Assembly: GCF_000009705.1 (NCBI RefSeq)
Contig: NC_003272.1
Coordinates: forward strand, 4,170,001-4,202,000
Direction of reading: 5' to 3'
DNA length: 32,000 nt
DNA from: Nostoc sp. PCC 7120 = FACHB-418
GTDB lineage: Bacteria > Cyanobacteriota > Cyanobacteriia > Cyanobacteriales > Nostocaceae
Within the stretch, counting starts at the first letter, position 1; every line of letters begins with the position of its first letter. Under the pieces are notes generated by a model that was not told where the DNA came from, did not search any database, and saw only the letters and a list, made by a program, of their open reading frames with translations. Both the position numbers and the translations under genes were made by a program. Shown piece after piece: positions 28,146 through 32,000 of the stretch.

Positions 28146-28594
28146 TGTATTTGCTTGATACCAATCATTGTAGCCGCATCATCTTTGGTGATTCTAACCT
28201 GATCCAACAACTACAGCTTAATAGCGAAGCAGGAATTGCTACCAGCGTTGTAGTATGTGGAGAACTCCTATACATGGCAGCAAAATCTGATCGCAGTGTT
28301 GCCAATCTTCAGCAGGTCAGAGTATTTTTAGACACAATCGATATTTATCCCGTCAATTTCTCAATTTCTGAGGTTTATGGCAATCTCAAAGGCAAGTTGG
28401 TGAATGCTTTCGGGCCTAAAGAAAAAGCCCAGCGACGAAATTTCAACCTGCAAGCCCTTGGTTTTGGAGATAATGACCTCTGGATCGCAGCCACAGCAAT
28501 TCACTATAATCTCACTGTAGTTTCCACAGACAATGATTTTCGACGGATTCAGCAAGTAGAAACTTTGCTTTTGGAATCTTGGCTTGCCAGTTAA
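28145..28594 (+). CDS. vapC: PIN-domain toxin (VapC family)
   Basis: 149 aa. The four acidic PIN positions are recognisable: YLLDTNH, CGELLYMA, GDNDLWIAATA and VSTDNDF. Confidence 0.85.
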   Translation: MYLLDTNHCSRIIFGDSNLIQQLQLNSEAGIATSVVVCGELLYMAAKSDRSVANLQQVRVFLDTIDIYPVNFSISEVYGNLKGKLVNAFGPKEKAQRRNFNLQALGFGDNDLWIAATAIHYNLTVVSTDNDFRRIQQVETLLLESWLAS

Positions 28595-28679
28595 TTTACT
28601 TAGAAAAATTACTAATTTGTATTAGATAATCGCACTCTCATAACTGAAAAGCGATCGCCCATGATGGATTCCAGAGGTT

Positions 28680-28742
28680 GTATGGGCGGGTTTACAGATA
28701 TGATTCAATCATTCACCACTATCTTGGTTAACCCGCCCCTAC
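28680..28742. repeat. Small palindromic dispersed repeat, copy 2 (GTATGGGCGGGTTTA ... GTTAACCCGCCCCTAC)
   Basis: It has the same architecture and terminal sequence as copy 1, and sits in the vapC/RHH intergenic region between two HIP1 sites. Confidence 0.75.
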
Positions 28743-28805
28743 TGCTTGTGAAAAATGCGGGATAGGTTTTGTAGAAAAGCGATCGCCACTTCAACCAACT
28801 ACAAA

Positions 28806-28967
28806 TTACTTTGGTGTAATAGTCCCATCATTCTGAGCTTGTCTAATCGCTCGTTTCAAAATTAACACCGCCATTTGAGACAAAGAACGCTCCTCTACAT
28901 CAGCCAATTGTTGCAGGGCTTCTTTGTCTGTTTCTTCCATGTAAATAGTTACTGTCACTTTTCCCAT
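28806..28967 (-). CDS. Ribbon-helix-helix (CopG/Arc-type) DNA-binding protein
   Basis: Starting from the internal Met, MGKVTVTIYMEETDKEALQQLADVEERSLSQMAVLILKRAIRQ fits a beta-strand/helix/helix RHH pattern. The ORF is open to 29021, but that extension would run over the putative operator repeats. Confidence 0.6.
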   Translation of the reverse strand: MGKVTVTIYMEETDKEALQQLADVEERSLSQMAVLILKRAIRQAQNDGTITPK

Positions 28968-29003
28968 ATCACCATCATAAGCTATCTTGTGTCTTTTTAT
29001 ATT

Positions 29004-29044
29004 AAATACACTAAGACGCATAAATTAACATAGAAATACACTAA
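29004..29044. promoter_or_regulatory. Two 11-bp direct repeats (AAATACACTAA, 30 bp apart) in the divergent RHH / ORF-29139 control region; candidate operator
   Basis: The repeats sit at 29004-29014 and 29034-29044. CATAAATT..AATTTATG inverted motifs and a TATAAT box at 29052-29057 are also present. Confidence 0.35.
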
Positions 29045-29138
29045 ATTTATGTATAATTACTGATAAGTCAAAAGCCAGCTATCCACTTTCCGACGGCAGA
29101 CGCTGGCTTTTGGCCCCTCTATTCAGGAGTCATATACA

Positions 29139-29696
29139 ATGTTAAACCCTGTTCGCTATAAAACAGAAGAACACCGAGCTGATCAACAAGCTTTAGATGA
29201 TTTCGGCATCACCGAATTACTAGCCAAACTCAAAAACTACTCTGATGCAGACTTTGATAGCACCTGGATGCAACTCCAGCCGCCAGAAATAGAAACTCTA
29301 GCGGCAATTCTGATTTCTGCGTTAACTCACAGCATCAATGGTAAATTGCTTGCTGCTTATCTCCATCTCATGCGGCACAATCACCAAGATATAGTCCCAG
29401 GTTTGATTAACCTGAAATACCCAGACACATCTATTGAGTTTCCCGCTAACTTTCCTGATGTCGCCAAGACACCCAGATTTTTATATGGCGATCGCCTGCG
29501 TTGGCTTAGTAATGAAAGCGATACTGACTGGGGTATTGTCATCGGTCGATTTTATAGCTTTGCTTCCCATCGCTGCGCCTGGAGTTGGTGCTACCTGATT
29601 TGGTTAAGCAAAAATTGCCCCAGTGCAGCTTGGACATCTGCGGATATTGCTTGGGAAGAAGATTTAGAACCAATCAGTGAGGAGGCATACGAATGA
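29139..29696 (+). CDS. Hypothetical protein (185 aa)
   Basis: A long ORF with a 4-nt ATGA overlap to the next ORF. I recognise no motif. It is Trp/Cys-rich near the C-terminus. Confidence 0.5.
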   Translation: MLNPVRYKTEEHRADQQALDDFGITELLAKLKNYSDADFDSTWMQLQPPEIETLAAILISALTHSINGKLLAAYLHLMRHNHQDIVPGLINLKYPDTSIEFPANFPDVAKTPRFLYGDRLRWLSNESDTDWGIVIGRFYSFASHRCAWSWCYLIWLSKNCPSAAWTSADIAWEEDLEPISEEAYE

Positions 29697-30025
29697 ATCC
29701 TCATCCACTCAAGCAGCGAGAGCAAGATTTGATGCAACTGTACATTTATTGTCAGTTGGGTATGACTCCCAAGCAGTTTTATACCAAGTGGCAGGTGAAC
29801 CACGAAGAAATGGCGCAGATTTGCTCTCGCTCCCTTTCCACCGTGCGACGCTGGTTTGCTAGAGGTAAAAACTACCGCCGCCCCATGCCAGCCGATTTAC
29901 GCCACTTGGCACTGATGAACTTTCTACTGGAACACTTTGAGGAGATTCCCCAAGAACTGTTGCAGAACCTGTGTTTCCCAGACGAGAGTAGGGACGGGTT
30001 CATAGATATGTTTAAGGATAAATGA
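29693..30025 (+). CDS. Hypothetical small protein with a probable helix-turn-helix
   Basis: 110 aa. NHEEMAQICSRSLSTVRRWFARGKN looks like an HTH. The last ~13 codons are supplied by palindromic repeat copy 3. Confidence 0.5.
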   Translation: MNPHPLKQREQDLMQLYIYCQLGMTPKQFYTKWQVNHEEMAQICSRSLSTVRRWFARGKNYRRPMPADLRHLALMNFLLEHFEEIPQELLQNLCFPDESRDGFIDMFKDK

Positions 30026-30049
30026 GGGTATTTGTCAACCTGCCCCTAC
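29988..30049. repeat. Small palindromic dispersed repeat, copy 3 (GTAGGGACGGGTTCA ... GTCAACCTGCCCCTAC)
   Basis: It belongs to the same family as copies 1 and 2, and overlaps the 3' end and stop codon of ORF 29693..30025. Confidence 0.75.
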
Positions 30050-30083
30050 TGCATTTAATTGCAATATCAAAATGATATTTCTT

Positions 30084-30114
30084 GCCAGCCACCTTCACAG
30101 TAGGCTGGCTTTTG
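30084..30114 (+). terminator. Rho-independent terminator-like hairpin
   Basis: GCCAGCC-accttcacagta-GGCTGGC is followed by TTTTG. A similar AAAAGCCAGC...GCTGGCTTTT hairpin sits at 29070-29111. Confidence 0.5.
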
Positions 30115-30148
30115 TCTTGGAAATTGCAGATATTACCAGGAGGACTTT

Positions 30149-30343
30149 ATGACTTACCTAGAAAAGCTCAATCCTTGGTGTATAGTACGGTTGTTACCAA
30201 ATATGCAGAACCGGATTGTTGCTCGTTTTCGCCGCCGCAGCGATGCCGAAGCTCATCTACAAGTTTTGCGCCGACTCATTCCCAGTGTCAGTTTTAGACT
30301 GATTTTCGATGTGCATTTAGAACAGCAAAATCTAACTGCCTGA
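30149..30343 (+). CDS. Hypothetical small basic protein (64 aa)
   Basis: An AGGAGG motif lies 6 nt upstream of the ATG. I prefer it over the overlapping ORF 30082..30297, which starts inside the terminator hairpin. Confidence 0.45.
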   Translation: MTYLEKLNPWCIVRLLPNMQNRIVARFRRRSDAEAHLQVLRRLIPSVSFRLIFDVHLEQQNLTA

Positions 30344-30674
30344 AGTTAACGGTATCAATATCTAACGATCGCAATGATCCAAATATATCGTTAGTTAGGG
30401 TGCGATCGCTGATCGCGTTCCGCCTAGCGTAGCCGATCGCACAACTCAGCAGCGAAAATCTGGCCGATGTCCGGTATTGCTAAGACAAAAGGTTTGGCAA
30501 TTGTAGATCAGTATTACTCAATTTGCTGTGAGGTTAGGCGATCGCCTCTGTACTCTGCTTTGCTAATTACCGACAGTCGGCACTTAATACCATTACCACT
30601 CAAGATTAATTTTTCACAGCTATTCAAAAAAATGTGCAGTAAAAAGCTTTTAACCTAAGCAATCCTGCGAATTA

Positions 30675-30800
30675 ATGCTCGAAAATGCACAACGAATGCT
30701 CGAAAATGCACAACGAATGTTCAAAAATGCACAGCGAATGCTCAAAAATGTACAGCGAATGCTCAAAAATGTACAGCGAATGTTCAAAAATGTACAATTA
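30675..30800. repeat. Six tandem 21-bp direct repeats (iteron-like), each made of two ~10.5-bp AATG(C/T)(T/A)C half-units
   Basis: The units are ATGCTCGAAAATGCACAACGA x2, ATGTTCAAAAATGCACAGCGA, ATGCTCAAAAATGTACAGCGA x2 and ATGTTCAAAAATGTACAATTA. The array ends 10 nt before the ATG of ORF 30811. Confidence 0.9.
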
Positions 30801-30810
30801 ATGTCTCAAT

Positions 30811-31431
30811 ATGTCTCACATTTTGCAAGCAAAAGTCTCAATTGTGGGAACTAGAACCCTTGCCATACACCATTTTGGCATTGATGCTTTACCGCTACAA
30901 GCAACTGAGAAAGATGGTGTAGCTGGTAATAGTCCCAATGAGTGGAAAAAGACTGTTCTCATGGATGAGGAACGCCAGTTATTTCTGTTGCCAACGTATT
31001 TTTTCGGCTGCATTAAGTATGGCGGTAAAACTGTCAAACGGGGCAAAGGTAACTTACTTGCAGATATTGCCAGCACTTTACAAGTCATGGATGACCAGAT
31101 TTATATCTGTAATAGCGATGGGGCGATTCAGTTACCAGATCCACCTCAAGTAATTGAGGCGGGGACTATCAAAAATGAGAAACTACCTGATAGCTATGTT
31201 GAAGTGATTGGTGTGCGTAACCCATCAACTAAAGCGAGGAATATTCGTTACCGCGTGGCTGTGAAACCTGGATGGCAATGTTCATTTACTATTCTTTGGG
31301 ATTCGGTTGTCGTTGATCGAAAGTCATTGGAAACAGCAATTATCAACGCTGGAACTTTAGTAGGTGTTGGTGATGGTAGGCAAAGCATTGGCTACGGAAG
31401 ATTTGAGCTAAAAGAATTTAGCATTCTTTAA
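30811..31431 (+). CDS. Hypothetical protein (206 aa), function unknown
   Basis: A long ORF with ordinary, non-repetitive amino-acid composition, directly downstream of the repeat array. I cannot assign a family. Confidence 0.6.
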   Translation: MSHILQAKVSIVGTRTLAIHHFGIDALPLQATEKDGVAGNSPNEWKKTVLMDEERQLFLLPTYFFGCIKYGGKTVKRGKGNLLADIASTLQVMDDQIYICNSDGAIQLPDPPQVIEAGTIKNEKLPDSYVEVIGVRNPSTKARNIRYRVAVKPGWQCSFTILWDSVVVDRKSLETAIINAGTLVGVGDGRQSIGYGRFELKEFSIL

Positions 31432-31525
31432 ATATCCGTCTCGTTTCGTCAGGTCTCCTTAAGGCGAGTCCCGTCACCTTCCGTTTCGTCACGTCATGTT
31501 GTGTCAAGTCGAGTTTGGTTAAGTC

Positions 31526-31909
31526 ATGTCTGTTGAACTTTACAAACAAGTCAAACAAAAACGCCAACATCCAAACCTGCCTGTTTACCAATGGAAGCGT
31601 CAACCCCTTGAACAATGGAAAATCACTCGGCATTCTATCTACACCAGAGATGAGGGATTGTGCCAAAGTCCAAATAACCAGCCACCAAAAGTCAATGGAT
31701 TATGTCAAAGAACAGTCAGTTTAAAGACTGCTCACATCGACTACATTCGCCCGTTGTCATCTGGTGGTAGTAACCATGCGTCCAACTTGAGAACTCTTTG
31801 CCCCGTCTGCCATGCGCTTAGGCTTGACCGCAAGCATGATGGCATGAGACATAAACTGGTCAAGAAAGGTTTAATCCCTGTCAACTGGAAACAGTTTGTT
31901 TGGGATTAA
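31526..31909 (+). CDS. HNH endonuclease
   Basis: 127 aa. A Cys pair (GLCQSPNN.., GLCQ) precedes AHIDYIRPLSSGGSNHASNLRTLCPVCHA, which is the HNH motif with its flanking zinc-binding Cys pairs. Confidence 0.85.
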   Translation: MSVELYKQVKQKRQHPNLPVYQWKRQPLEQWKITRHSIYTRDEGLCQSPNNQPPKVNGLCQRTVSLKTAHIDYIRPLSSGGSNHASNLRTLCPVCHALRLDRKHDGMRHKLVKKGLIPVNWKQFVWD

Positions 31910-31951
31910 ATTGTCGGCAATCGCCCGACAAGCGACTGAAACAAATGATAA

Positions 31952-31989
31952 AGCCCCTAGCCCTGTAAGGGCTAGGGGCTTGGGTTTTA
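31952..31989 (+). terminator. Rho-independent terminator after the HNH gene
   Basis: A perfect 12-bp stem AGCCCCTAGCCC / GGGCTAGGGGCT with a 5-nt loop is followed by TGGGTTTT. Confidence 0.7.
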
Positions 31990-32000
31990 GGAAAAGGGTT

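Larger units (their letters stand above)
10369..32000. mobile_element. Putative tRNA-Gly-associated genomic (defence) island; left end is at the tRNA fragment and the right end lies beyond the window
   Basis: Three observations support this. A tRNA 3'-half scar with its terminator lies at the left edge. The content is entirely accessory (NLR-like protein, 3 TA loci, dynamin-like pair, type I R-M, RHH/HTH/HNH module). Composition is mosaic. No integrase is visible in the window. Confidence 0.5.

Noticed and set aside
27946-28158. 70-aa ORF in an alternative frame over the antitoxin gene
   Set aside because: The Lys/Arg-rich product is an artefact of the AT-rich frame. The 27876..28145 frame is translationally coupled to vapC.
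30082-30297. 71-aa ORF overlapping ORF 30149..30343
   Set aside because: It begins at a non-ATG codon inside a terminator hairpin and is Ser/Cys/Pro-rich. The alternative frame has an AGGAGG RBS and a plausible basic small protein.
30467-30658. 63-aa ORF in the HIP1-dense spacer
   Set aside because: It has no RBS, contains a HIP1 site and low-complexity sequence, and lies in what looks like the non-coding control region before the repeat array.
30675-30800. The 21-bp repeat array (and the HEAT/WD40 arrays) as a CRISPR locus
   Set aside because: The units are contiguous with no unique spacers and have the wrong repeat length and architecture. No cas genes are present.
30675-30854. 59-codon ORF of six MLxNxQR heptads running through the 21-bp repeats
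   Set aside because: The differences between units are mostly non-synonymous and the ORF ends out of frame inside the next gene. DNA-level repeats explain it better. It is kept only as an alternative within the iteron finding.
31300-31431. Cas6/RAMP-like glycine-rich motif (GVGDGRQSIGYGRF) at the C-terminus of the 206-aa protein
   Set aside because: The spacing only roughly fits GhGxxxxxGhG. There is no CRISPR array, no cas neighbours and no other RAMP motif, so the evidence is too weak.
31418-31724. ORFs 31418..31666 (minus strand) and 31515..31724 (plus strand) overlapping the HNH gene
   Set aside because: The HNH frame (31526..31909) carries a complete, recognisable catalytic motif. The overlapping frames have no motif.

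Overview
This is a chromosomal segment from a filamentous, Nostocales-type cyanobacterium. I infer that from an unmistakable psaC, many HIP1 octamers (GCGATCGC), heptameric STRR-like repeats and AT-rich coding DNA. Positions 1 to about 6.5 kb are housekeeping: fmt, psaC, glmS and two hypothetical genes, one of them clearly GC-rich and foreign-looking. The rest is accessory. A NACHT-HEAT STAND NTPase occupies 6.5-9.9 kb. An orphan 3' half of tRNA-Gly(UCC), with its own terminator, sits at 10.28-10.37 kb. It looks like an att scar marking the left end of an island longer than 21 kb that runs off the right edge of the window. In order, the island carries: (1) a roughly 1500-aa NACHT-pentapeptide-WD40 NLR-like protein; (2) a decayed relic of a paralogous WD40-protein tail; (3) an AbrB-type antitoxin with a truncated PIN toxin; (4) an intact Phd/VapC pair; (5) a tandem pair of membrane-anchored dynamin-like GTPases; (6) a type I R-M operon arranged hsdR-X-hsdM-hsdS, where X is an AT-rich multi-pass membrane protein gene and hsdS is broken by a frameshift in a T7 tract; (7) a second VapBC pair; (8) a plasmid/phage-like module with an RHH protein, an HTH protein, a 6 x 21-bp iteron-like array, an unknown 206-aa protein and an HNH endonuclease. 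I saw no rRNA, intact tRNA, CRISPR array, transposase or integrase in the window. The best candidates for new biology are the membrane protein embedded in the R-M operon (a possible PrrC-style second-line effector), the dynamin-like pair used as a defence cassette, and the two NLR-like STAND proteins with near-identical, position-specifically variable repeat arrays. All functional calls rest on motif recognition by eye. No database search was run.
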